Sequence record: DRR723986_5581
Direction: 5' to 3' (one strand)
DNA length: 64,000 nucleotides
The translations under genes were made by a program, and so were the position numbers. Each line of letters begins with the position of its first letter. Position 1 is the stretch's first letter. Below the pieces are notes generated by a model that saw only the letters and a list, made by a program, of their open reading frames with translations, ran no database searches and was not told the origin of the DNA. Below are positions 49,520 to 58,033 of this stretch, one piece after another.

Positions 49520-50098
49520 GTGGTACGCTACAATGCGGTCGAGGATCCACTCTGCTATCCCGGCACACATGTTCTCAGGAATATCCCGGACATTCAGGAT
49601 CAGGACAAACTCGATGAATTCGAGCAACTGATGTTCGATTCACGAGCTCAAGAAGACCTGCCGGAAGGCGACTTCGATTTCGAGCATTACAAATCCTTGC
49701 ACAAGCATTTTTTCCAGGACGTATACGAATGGGCTGGAGAATGCCGAAAGATCCGCACCAGCAAGGGACAGACTATGTTCTGTTATCCTGAAAACATCGA
49801 AAAGCAATCCAACCAGCTGTTTCAGAAACTGGCAGATCGCAATTTTTTAGCGAACGAGGCGAACGAAGATGCGTTTGCCGAAAGTGCAGCCTGGATGCTT
49901 GCTGAAATTAATGCCATTCATCCATTTCGCGAAGGAAATGGACGAATCCAGCTTGCCTTTCTCACCATGATCGCCAGAAACGCAGGCTTTGAGTTGGAAG
50001 AAGATAACTTGCGGCCTGCCGAGTTTCTGGACGCGATGATCCGGAGCTTTTACGATGACCTTGCACCGTTATCTGAGGAAATCCGGCGCCTCCTTTAG
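49520..50098 (+). CDS. fic: Fic family AMPylase toxin
   Basis: Canonical HPFREGNGR; DPLCYPGT, FQDVYEWAG. Confidence 0.92.
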   Translation: MVRYNAVEDPLCYPGTHVLRNIPDIQDQDKLDEFEQLMFDSRAQEDLPEGDFDFEHYKSLHKHFFQDVYEWAGECRKIRTSKGQTMFCYPENIEKQSNQLFQKLADRNFLANEANEDAFAESAAWMLAEINAIHPFREGNGRIQLAFLTMIARNAGFELEEDNLRPAEFLDAMIRSFYDDLAPLSEEIRRLL

Positions 50099-51468
50099 CG
50101 CTCGTGCTCCTGCTCGGCTTCTTCGCGCAGATACTCGTCGAGCATCCTTTCATAGGCGATGTCGCGTTCCCGCTGCGAAATCATCTCGCCGTTGGGTCCG
50201 GGGACGGGTCTATCAGGATCATAATCCTGTCGGTCAGGACGAAGCGCTTCGATCTTCTCGCGGACTTCGGTCGGCAAGACGCGCATCTTTTCTCGCTGAT
50301 CCTGCTCGCGGATTTCCTGCATTCGCTGGTTAAGAATGAGATCCCCGGCGATGCGTTGCACCTCCGGTGAGATCTTCCCAGCTGCCTGAAGCGCTTCGAT
50401 CTCTCGATCTGAGTACTCCTGCATGACGGCACGCTCAACGACGCTCTGCTCGTAAGCGGCAATCCGGGTGCTGTTCACCCCGTCGCCGATTTCTCCATAA
50501 GCATTGTCCAGCGCCTGCTCGTACCAGGGTTTTTCGGAACGTTCGGGCGTGGCAGGTTTCCTGTTGGTTTCAGAACCGCTGCGCGGAGCTTCATAAGCAG
50601 GTTCAGACAGAGACGCGGCTTCCAGCCGGTCAAGTTTCCTGTCCTGCCAGTAGCGGTGATGTTCATCCCGCTCCTCGGGCGTCATGTCGGGAGACACCGC
50701 CGGTACCGGCGGCCAGGTCTCCCGACGGGAAAGCAAAGGATATTGCTGACGCTCAAAACTATCGGGACTTTTCATTGCCTTTTCCCCTCTTACGCGCCGC
50801 GCGTGTTCACGCTTGTTCCGGCGCTCCATCGGATCAGGGCCGCGATGCCGGGTCGGTACCGCCCCTATGCCTCGGGCCTTGTAGCTGCGGTGATCGACCC
50901 TGTGGGCCGATCCAATCTTTTCCAGAATAGTGTTGGTCAGGTCCGCCCAGTTCTTGCGCACCTGTTTGACGAACGCCCGCTGTTCCAGCGCGACGATCTT
51001 CCCGCCAAACCCGTCTTCCTCAAGAACTCGGGTTGTCAGCAGGATATGGACATGGGGATTGTGGTCGGTGCCGTCTTCGTGGATGGCTATGTCCGCCACA
51101 CAGCCAAGGTCTACGAAAGGTTTGACGAAGGCCTCCAACAGGGCAGGACGCAGCCGCTCGGGGACATCTCGCGTGATGGCCGCTTCAATGGATTTGGCCA
51201 AACGCGCATCGCGCCGTTTGGCGGTCATGTCCACCCTGTTCCAGAGATCGTTTCGTCGCGCAGCCCACGGCGGCGCTCCTTCCGGCAGGAGGATCTTCGT
51301 GTACACCACGTCTTCGCGGTTCTTGAAATCGACGTGCCGCTGTTCCCGCTCGGACCACAAACGCTCCCCCGCGTTGTAGGCTGCTGTGGCCACCGCGATC
51401 CGTTCGTTCCCGTCCGTGTTGCGCCGGGCAAGATTGTCAATGTGGCAATGGATGTTGCCATCCTGCAT
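50095..51468 (-). CDS. mobA: MobA/MobL (MOBQ) relaxase
   Basis: AVATAAY catalytic Tyr, LWNRV, AIHEDGTDHNPHVHIL, VDHRSY. Confidence 0.9.
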   Translation of the reverse strand: MQDGNIHCHIDNLARRNTDGNERIAVATAAYNAGERLWSEREQRHVDFKNREDVVYTKILLPEGAPPWAARRNDLWNRVDMTAKRRDARLAKSIEAAITRDVPERLRPALLEAFVKPFVDLGCVADIAIHEDGTDHNPHVHILLTTRVLEEDGFGGKIVALEQRAFVKQVRKNWADLTNTILEKIGSAHRVDHRSYKARGIGAVPTRHRGPDPMERRNKREHARRVRGEKAMKSPDSFERQQYPLLSRRETWPPVPAVSPDMTPEERDEHHRYWQDRKLDRLEAASLSEPAYEAPRSGSETNRKPATPERSEKPWYEQALDNAYGEIGDGVNSTRIAAYEQSVVERAVMQEYSDREIEALQAAGKISPEVQRIAGDLILNQRMQEIREQDQREKMRVLPTEVREKIEALRPDRQDYDPDRPVPGPNGEMISQRERDIAYERMLDEYLREEAEQEHER

Positions 51469-51599
51469 GCACACCACCCTCTGCTATCCCAAATCCGTTC
51501 CGGCTTGCACGGCGCGGGGGTTGCAAGGGGGTTTCCCCCTTGCCGCACTTCGGCGTTTGGAGCGCGGCCTTAAGCCCTCGCCGCGCTCTGAACGCCGCA

Positions 51600-51650
51600 A
51601 TGTTGACCAACCTGTAAATACAGGTCGGGCAACATGTAAGTGCGCTGTAC
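51600..51650 (+). other. MOBQ-type oriT
   Basis: 17-bp imperfect inverted repeat (15/17) at 51600-51635 followed by TAAGTGCGC at 51637, matching the RSF1010-family nic core. Confidence 0.85.
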
Positions 51651-51732
51651 AACTAGCTACACGTATTTGTTGACTCTTTTCAAGGTTGTCGAATAATCGC
51701 CATGCAATCCATGAGCTAACTGGGGGATGTTC

Positions 51733-53367
51733 ATGGCGAAGAACCCGTTTGACCTTGGGGACATGCTTGGCAACGAAATGCGAGGCGTGACCACCGGGGC
51801 GAAATTCGGAATGAAAATCGGTCGCGGGCTGGCCAGCTGGAACCTCAAACGCCAGCTGGAACAGGAGGGCTACGATCCTGTTACAATTGAAGCGGCGACG
51901 CAGGCCGTTGCCGCTGGACGTGATCCCAAACCCATTCTGGAGCAAGCCCGTCAAGCCTACGCTCTTAGAGACAAACAGGAGGAGATGCGGCGCAACCCGC
52001 CTCCCATCCACGGGTCTGCTCGCTGGTCCACCCGGGACGACGTGGAGCAAGCCGGGCTGTTCAGACAATCGAGCCGCCGCACTCTCAATCTTGGCAACTT
52101 CGAGGGCCAGCGCGTCAACTGGGACGGCGAAAGCCACCTGCTGACCGTGGCCCCTACCCGTACCGGCAAAAGCGCCATGCAGGTTATTCCGAACCTGCGG
52201 ACTTACGGCGGCTCGGCTGTGGTGCTCGATCCCAAAGGAGAGATTTACGAGCACACCGCTGCCTGGCGATCCCAGATGGGTCCTGTCTACGTGTTGAACC
52301 CATTCGCGGTCGAAGGTGTTCCCGAGACCGACGCCTTCAACCCCCTCGACAGCGTAACCGACAGTCAATCCGCGCTTGAAATTGCCGAGATCCTCTACCC
52401 GCGCACCCATGACGACAAGCAGCAGTTCTTCGAGAATGAGACGGTGGGTTTTTTAGCGGCAGCAGTTGAGTTCTCGGCACGATTTGCACCGCCCAGTCAT
52501 CGCAATCTCGGCACCTTGCGTGATGCGCTATCCACACTGGATGGGCAGTTTCATGGCCTTTTGAAAGCGATGAGCAACGAGATTTTGCCGCCTTCAATCC
52601 GGAATGCCGCCCGAAATTTTCAGACAAAGTCGCGCGATACGGGACAACCCCGTGTGCTGGACAGCCTTAACACGCATCTCAGGATCTGGGACACGCCAGG
52701 ACTTCGTAAAGCCACCAGCCGTTCGGAATTCGACTTTGCGAAGCTGAAAGACCAGACAGCCACAGTCTACCTTGTTTTGCCGTTCTCGAAGATCACTCCC
52801 TTCTCCACCTTTGTCCGGATGGTGTTTGCCGCAGCGCTGGACGCGATGGTTCTCACACCGAAGAAACCGCACACACCCGTCCTGTTCGTGCTTGATGAGT
52901 TTCTGTCACTCGCACCGGATGAACGATTTGTTTCGGCTCTCAGGACCCATGCCAGCGCCGGTGTACGGCTTTGGTTCTTCCTGCAAGACCTGCCGACGCT
53001 GGAACAGAAATACCCGACGACGTGGAAATCCTTCTTGCAGGTCGAGGCCAAGACGTTTTTCGGGACTGATGATCCCTACACTGCGGATCTGATTTCCAGC
53101 TATTTGAGCGACCGGACCATCGCCTACGACGTTCCGAATGTTTCGGGCACGACGACAGGAGGCGCGTCTCCTTCCACCGGCTATTCCATTTCCGAAAATC
53201 TTCACCTGACCGCCCGGAGGCTCCTGACGCCGGATGAAGTCATCGGCCTGCTGCGAGGCACGGCAACGGGGCGAAAGGCCATCCATTTCCTGCGGGACTT
53301 AAGGCACCCGCTTCAGACCGATCTTACTCCCTGGTTTCTGAACACTTCGCCGAAGGAGCAATCATGA
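51733..53367 (+). CDS. VirD4/TraG-like coupling protein
   Basis: HGSARW, VAPTRTGKS, VVLDPKGE, FNPLD, LFVLDEF. Confidence 0.88.
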   Translation: MAKNPFDLGDMLGNEMRGVTTGAKFGMKIGRGLASWNLKRQLEQEGYDPVTIEAATQAVAAGRDPKPILEQARQAYALRDKQEEMRRNPPPIHGSARWSTRDDVEQAGLFRQSSRRTLNLGNFEGQRVNWDGESHLLTVAPTRTGKSAMQVIPNLRTYGGSAVVLDPKGEIYEHTAAWRSQMGPVYVLNPFAVEGVPETDAFNPLDSVTDSQSALEIAEILYPRTHDDKQQFFENETVGFLAAAVEFSARFAPPSHRNLGTLRDALSTLDGQFHGLLKAMSNEILPPSIRNAARNFQTKSRDTGQPRVLDSLNTHLRIWDTPGLRKATSRSEFDFAKLKDQTATVYLVLPFSKITPFSTFVRMVFAAALDAMVLTPKKPHTPVLFVLDEFLSLAPDERFVSALRTHASAGVRLWFFLQDLPTLEQKYPTTWKSFLQVEAKTFFGTDDPYTADLISSYLSDRTIAYDVPNVSGTTTGGASPSTGYSISENLHLTARRLLTPDEVIGLLRGTATGRKAIHFLRDLRHPLQTDLTPWFLNTSPKEQS

Positions 53368-54314
53368 CCGATAACGCCTACCGCATTCCTCGCCACTCAG
53401 TCGGCTTAACGATATTCCTTCTTATGGCAGGCGCTACACTCGGTGCTGTCTGGGGACTTTTTCTATCGTCGTTCGTCGCCACGGCTTCACTCGCTGCGGG
53501 GGGACCTCTGGCCTTGCTGATAGCCGGTCCACTCCTGTTCGCGATCTATGGGGTCGGCACGACTTACATCGTGTTTGGCGCTCCCCTATGGGCGCTATTC
53601 GGGGGAATGTGGTTCGCTGCGTCATCTTCCAGAGACACCGGATCTGCTGCGACACAAATGGGCGTTACGTTCTTTTCGAAGAGTCATCCCATCAACCAAG
53701 CAACACAACGGATGGCGCAACAGCTTGATCTGCCGCCTGTCCGATACGTCGGCTGGTTTGGCTCAGACGACATAAACGCGTTTGCGATGGGGACAAGCAA
53801 TCGCTATGCGCTTGTGGCCGTCAGCAAAGGCGCAATCGAAAACCTCTCTCAGGAGCAATTGGATGCCGTTATTGCCCACGAACTGGGTCACATAGCCAGC
53901 AACGATATGGAGAGGATGACCTACGCGCTTGGCGTTCGTGAATCTCTTACGTTTTTCCTGATTTTCCGAGGGCTCAAGAAATTCGCACGTTGGGTTTTCA
54001 CGCCGTTGTCAGAGCTGGAGCTTCTGAGGTTTTCGCGAGCACGAGAATTCACAGCTGACGCCATCTCGGCTCATCTAACATCGTCAGAGGCTATGATCTC
54101 GGTGCTTGAAACACTGAAAGGCGCAAAACTCGAACCGCAGCCCCACAACCAGGCCTTTGTGATGATGGCGGCGCTCAGCGACAACACCTTGTTTTCAACA
54201 CACCCGTCCCTGGACGACCGCATCAATGCACTGCGCGCACTTCCGGTTTCGACTTCCGTTCAACAACCGGATCAGGAAACATCCGTCCCCAGTCCGCAGC
54301 CAATTTCGAGTTGA
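53364..54314 (+). CDS. M48/HtpX-like membrane zinc peptidase
   Basis: NAFA, AVIAHELGH, SRAREFTAD, STHPSLDDRI. Confidence 0.88.
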   Translation: MTDNAYRIPRHSVGLTIFLLMAGATLGAVWGLFLSSFVATASLAAGGPLALLIAGPLLFAIYGVGTTYIVFGAPLWALFGGMWFAASSSRDTGSAATQMGVTFFSKSHPINQATQRMAQQLDLPPVRYVGWFGSDDINAFAMGTSNRYALVAVSKGAIENLSQEQLDAVIAHELGHIASNDMERMTYALGVRESLTFFLIFRGLKKFARWVFTPLSELELLRFSRAREFTADAISAHLTSSEAMISVLETLKGAKLEPQPHNQAFVMMAALSDNTLFSTHPSLDDRINALRALPVSTSVQQPDQETSVPSPQPISS

Positions 54315-54349
54315 GATTGAACAAACGCTCTGCTAGCAGGAAGCACCAC

Positions 54350-54640
54350 GCGGACGTGGTGGAATCGGTAGACACAAGGGACTTAAGTCAAAATTGAGTG
54401 CACCGGCGGAAACGCCGGATGTAGAACTGCTCAAATTCGGGGAACCCTGTCAGATGGCAATCCCGAGCCAAGCCTCGCAAGAGGAAGGTGTAGAGACTAG
54501 ACGGGCAGCACCTACGGCAATTGCTAGGGTGAAGGTATAGTCCAGACCACAAACGCCGGAAGGCGGCGGTGAAAGCCGTAGCTGGTAAGAAAATCCCTCG
54601 GCCCTAGGCTGTGCGGGTTCGAGTCCCGCCGTCCGCACCA
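54350..54640 (+). tRNA. trnL: tRNA-Leu(UAA), exons 54350-54384 and 54590-54640, interrupted by a group I intron
   Basis: Spliced product has acceptor GCGGACG/CGTCCGC, anticodon arm AGGGA-CTTAAAA-TCCCT, long variable arm, T-arm GCGGG-TTCGAGT-CCCGC and ACCA. Confidence 0.93.
54385..54589 (+). ncRNA. 205-nt self-splicing group I intron (IC3-like), no ORF
   Basis: P1 ACUU/GAGU with U.G at the splice site, P2 GAAA tetraloop, P AAATTCGGGGAA, Q AATCCCGAGC, R GTAGAGACTA, S GAAGGTATAGTCC, terminal G. Confidence 0.93.
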
Positions 54641-54836
54641 ATCTTCACTTGCTTTGAACACCTCTCGCGCCTTTACGTTCTTCACGCGAGCACGCGTGAG
54701 GACCAGCCTTGGCTTACAAACAAAAGCCCATTTGACCTTTAATCGAAGTTCTTTTCCATCTCGCCGATTTGGCACTCTCAGTAAGCGCAAAGACGCTAGT
54801 GTGGTACAATATTGGTATCAATGAAAGATCGAAGAT

Positions 54837-55508
54837 ATGGATAATTCAATACCGACAATCTGGGAAGACGACGAATACGTTCACATCCCTGAAGAGCTTT
54901 TCAAACATCTACCGCCAGAATTTCGTGAGGCTGTTGAAGCCCGAAAACAACGTGGGCTTGATACGCTACAGATTGCAGACAAAGATATCCAAAACCTCAT
55001 TCGGTTGACTAATGCTATTCCGACATCATCTAGCCTTAGCTATATTTATCATCGCATGCGAACCGCAAAATTTGATATGTCTGCAGCAGCGTTGATGGAA
55101 CAGGAAATGCTGACGACGGCATTCGTCGTGACTTATGCTCGTTTGTTCGTAACAAGCAATGGCGTAGGCGGCATTTCTAGGGACAGCATACCAACTCAAC
55201 TTCGAGATATTCACGACAGTATTATAGAGCTCCGCCACAAGCGTTACGCCCATAACGGTGGGCACGAAACGATTGGCAATGGTATCCAACTTGAATTTGA
55301 CGACAAAGGATTTCACATAAATTTGCAGATGAGCTTAGGCCTCTACATCGGCGGTCGAGATGAATGGGAGGAACTCATTGCTTTTATAGACGCGCACATA
55401 CATGAGCGTCTCTTCAAAATACTCGACCGCCTCAAAGAAAGAACCGGTTATGATTGGACCTTTCCAGTCGGACCAGCACCGGAATGGGTTGGAGACTATG
55501 GCAAGTAG
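54837..55508 (+). CDS. Hypothetical protein with HEPN-like motif
   Basis: AFVVTYARLF..HDSIIELRHKRYAH (R-x5-H); AT-richer than the flanks. Confidence 0.6.
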   Translation: MDNSIPTIWEDDEYVHIPEELFKHLPPEFREAVEARKQRGLDTLQIADKDIQNLIRLTNAIPTSSSLSYIYHRMRTAKFDMSAAALMEQEMLTTAFVVTYARLFVTSNGVGGISRDSIPTQLRDIHDSIIELRHKRYAHNGGHETIGNGIQLEFDDKGFHINLQMSLGLYIGGRDEWEELIAFIDAHIHERLFKILDRLKERTGYDWTFPVGPAPEWVGDYGK

Positions 55509-55535
55509 ATTAAGGTTTGCTATCCGCTGACTTGG

Positions 55536-56726
55536 TTAAACTGTCCTGTGCGCATTCCGCTTTGCATGCTCGATGATCTGCTTCTTCGATTTTGCCTTCC
55601 GCTTCACGTTGACAGCCGCCGCGCTGATGCTCGTGGCAATGTGTGAGGCGTAGTATTTCTCAATCATCTCGACGCTGGTGCGGCAGTTTTTGGCGATCTG
55701 GTAGATGTCCGCCCCCTCCATCAGACGCAGGCAGATATAGGTGTGGCGAAGGCTGTAAGCCGTCCGCCGGTTCCCTTCCCGGTCGAACTTGAGATTTTCT
55801 TCGTCCAAAATAGCGTTGAACATGATCACGTGGTTGCCGGGAAACACGGGATCATCCGGCTTCGGCAGATTGCGTTTGAGCAACCGCTCGAACGGAAAAA
55901 CGGCGTTGGGCGTGCTTTTGCAATACCCGACGCCACGCTTACCCCGCACCTGAATGAGGAGGATTGTTTCGTCGGTTTCCTCGTCGTGGACGATTTCGAC
56001 ATCCCGGACCTGAAGCCGTTTGGCTTCATCCGGTCTGAGGCCAGTATTGGCCAGAAAGAGGACATAGTCGCGCAGCTGTTCAGCATGCCACTGATACCGC
56101 CCACCCTGATGCCGTTCGGCACGTTTCCGGGTGGCGGTGTATAACTGTTTGTACTCTTCCGGTGAGAACCAAGCGCGGTGAGATATTTTCTCGGCGGACC
56201 GATAGGGCATCGACAGATCCGGCAGATGGGTGAGCCAGCCGTGCCTAATGGCCGTCTTGAGCACCTGTCGAAGAGTTACGATCTCCTGATGCATTGTGTT
56301 CTTGGCAGGCGGTTTGCCCTCAGGTGACGTGTTGTGCCGCATGACGCGGTATTCCTGCACCTTGCCCGCAGTCACTTCCGACAACCCCAGTTCGCCAAAG
56401 AACGGCAGCAGGTAAAGCCGCAAACGGCGTTCGTTCCCCGCCACATAAACCCGGTTCCGGGCACCGCCGGTCACAACGTCATATTCTTCAAGGTAGCGCT
56501 TTGCCGCTTCCTTGAAGGTCCGCTCATCCTTCAGCGTGCCGCCTTTTTCCTTGGCCTTTAGCCGAAAGAACCAATCCTCGGCAATCTCCTTCGCCAGGGA
56601 GAGACTTTCTTCTCCTGTGCTGATGCGCCGGTTCTTGCCCATGAGGTAGGTGGAGCACTGCCACTTCCGGCTGTTTTCCCGCCGATAGATGCTGACTTTG
56701 CCGCCCAAAATGGTGTGCTTTTCCAT
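55536..56726 (-). CDS. int: Island tyrosine integrase
   Basis: NTGLRPDE, RGKRG, YSLRHTY, RTSVEMIEKYY. Confidence 0.92.
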   Translation of the reverse strand: MEKHTILGGKVSIYRRENSRKWQCSTYLMGKNRRISTGEESLSLAKEIAEDWFFRLKAKEKGGTLKDERTFKEAAKRYLEEYDVVTGGARNRVYVAGNERRLRLYLLPFFGELGLSEVTAGKVQEYRVMRHNTSPEGKPPAKNTMHQEIVTLRQVLKTAIRHGWLTHLPDLSMPYRSAEKISHRAWFSPEEYKQLYTATRKRAERHQGGRYQWHAEQLRDYVLFLANTGLRPDEAKRLQVRDVEIVHDEETDETILLIQVRGKRGVGYCKSTPNAVFPFERLLKRNLPKPDDPVFPGNHVIMFNAILDEENLKFDREGNRRTAYSLRHTYICLRLMEGADIYQIAKNCRTSVEMIEKYYASHIATSISAAAVNVKRKAKSKKQIIEHAKRNAHRTV

Positions 56727-56766
56727 CTTTGACTCTCACCTCACTTTCCGGCTTTTATTCTACCAG

Positions 56767-56787
56767 ACTGTGTAACAGATGTGTAAG
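56767..56787. repeat. TGTGTAA arm-type repeats, right island end
   Basis: ACTGTGTAA at 56767 and ATGTGTAAG at 56779; both also present at the left end. Confidence 0.7.
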
Positions 56788-56838
56788 TCAGAAACGGATG
56801 AAAATGATCACGAAAAAGAGACTAAGTGATTGAATTTA

Positions 56839-56915
56839 TGGTGCCCATGATCGGAGTCGAACCGATACTGGAAGGATTTTAAGTCCCTTGTGCCTACCAA
56901 TTCCACCACGCCCGC
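56839..56915 (-). pseudogene. Chimeric pseudo-tRNA: host tRNA-Leu(UAA) 5' half fused to a non-cognate island 3' half
   Basis: GCGGGCGTGGTGGAATTGGTAGGCACAAGGGACTTAAAATCC+TTCCAGTATCGGTTCGACTCCGATCATGGGCACCA; acceptor GCGGGCG vs CATGGGC mispairs; no long variable arm. Confidence 0.88.
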
Positions 56916-57136
56916 TTTTCCCTTCCCCTAGCTCTCCTGCCCGAAAAGCGCAAGAACGCACTGCCGCTTTTTCAGCGCACAGGCGGGAAGTTTCCACGTC
57001 AGCCTGATTTTGCGGGAACAGAAGCTGGAAAATAGGCGCTTTGGGCGGTATGAGAACAGGTAACGGATAATTGGTGCCGAACAGGGCCTTGTGGGCTTAG
57101 AATGGCACCGGATAATTGTGAGACACGGTAAACCCC

Positions 57137-57967
57137 ATGGTCAGCTATATCGACGCTTCGGAAGCCCCTTTGAAAAACACGGGTCAGGTACGTTTGTACG
57201 GCCCTGAAGATTTTGAAGGCATGATGCGCGCCGGACAGCTGACAGCTGCCTGTCTGGACGAGCTGGCCGACATCGTCAAACCGGGCACGACCACCCTGGA
57301 AATCGACGACTTCGTCTACCAGTACGGCATGGATCACAACGCCATTCCGGCGACACTGAACTATCGCGGCTACACCAAGTCCTCCTGTACGTCGATCAAC
57401 CATGTCGTCTGTCACGGCATTCCCAACGACAAGGCTCTGCGCGAGGGCGACATCGTCAACATCGACGTGACCTTCATTCTGGACGGATGGCACGGTGATT
57501 CAAGCCGCATGTATCCGGTCGGCCAGTTGAAGCGCGCTGCCGAGCGCCTGATCGATGTGACCTATGAATCGCTGATGCGCGGTATCGAGGCTGCCAAGCC
57601 GGGCAACACCACCGGGGACATCGGTGCTGCCATCCAGACCTTTGTCGAGGCTGAACGCTGTTCGGTCGTACGCGATTTCTGCGGGCACGGTCTTGGCCTT
57701 CTGTTCCACGACACGCCCAACATCCTGCATTACGGGCGCCCTGGCGAAGGCGTTGAACTGAAGCCGGGCATGATCTTCACCATCGAACCGATGGTCAATC
57801 TGGGCCGCCCGCACGTGAAGGTTCTCAGCGACGGCTGGACGGCTGTCACGCGGGACAGATCCCTGTCCGCCCAGTTCGAACATTCCATCGGCATCACGCC
57901 TGAAGGCTGCCAGATCTTCACCACGTCCCCCAAAGGCATCCACAAGCCGGGCCTGCAGACGGACTGA
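57137..57967 (+). CDS. map: Methionine aminopeptidase type I
   Basis: VVCHGIP, NIDVT, HGDSSR, FCGHGLG, FTIEPM, SAQFEHS. Confidence 0.97.
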   Translation: MVSYIDASEAPLKNTGQVRLYGPEDFEGMMRAGQLTAACLDELADIVKPGTTTLEIDDFVYQYGMDHNAIPATLNYRGYTKSSCTSINHVVCHGIPNDKALREGDIVNIDVTFILDGWHGDSSRMYPVGQLKRAAERLIDVTYESLMRGIEAAKPGNTTGDIGAAIQTFVEAERCSVVRDFCGHGLGLLFHDTPNILHYGRPGEGVELKPGMIFTIEPMVNLGRPHVKVLSDGWTAVTRDRSLSAQFEHSIGITPEGCQIFTTSPKGIHKPGLQTD

Positions 57968-58033
57968 TTGTTCGGCCTGAAGTCCGTTTACCGGCGATGC
58001 ACCGTCATCTGACAGCGGCTGACGCAGGAGCTC

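Larger units (their letters stand above)
25493..56886. mobile_element. ~31.4 kb integrative mobilisable defence island in tRNA-Leu(UAA)
   Basis: 13-bp direct repeat GGATTTTAAGTCC at 25493-25505 and 56874-56886; terminal integrase; relaxase, oriT and T4CP but no mating-pore genes. Confidence 0.9.

Noticed and set aside
54385-54589. Homing endonuclease in the intron
   Set aside because: The intron is 205 nt and fully accounted for by ribozyme elements; ORFs 54450-54641 and 54524-54790 are antisense artefacts
56839-56915. Apparent full-length tRNA-Leu(TAA) ending in CCA
   Set aside because: Acceptor stem has three mismatches and the Leu variable arm is missing; it is an att-junction chimera
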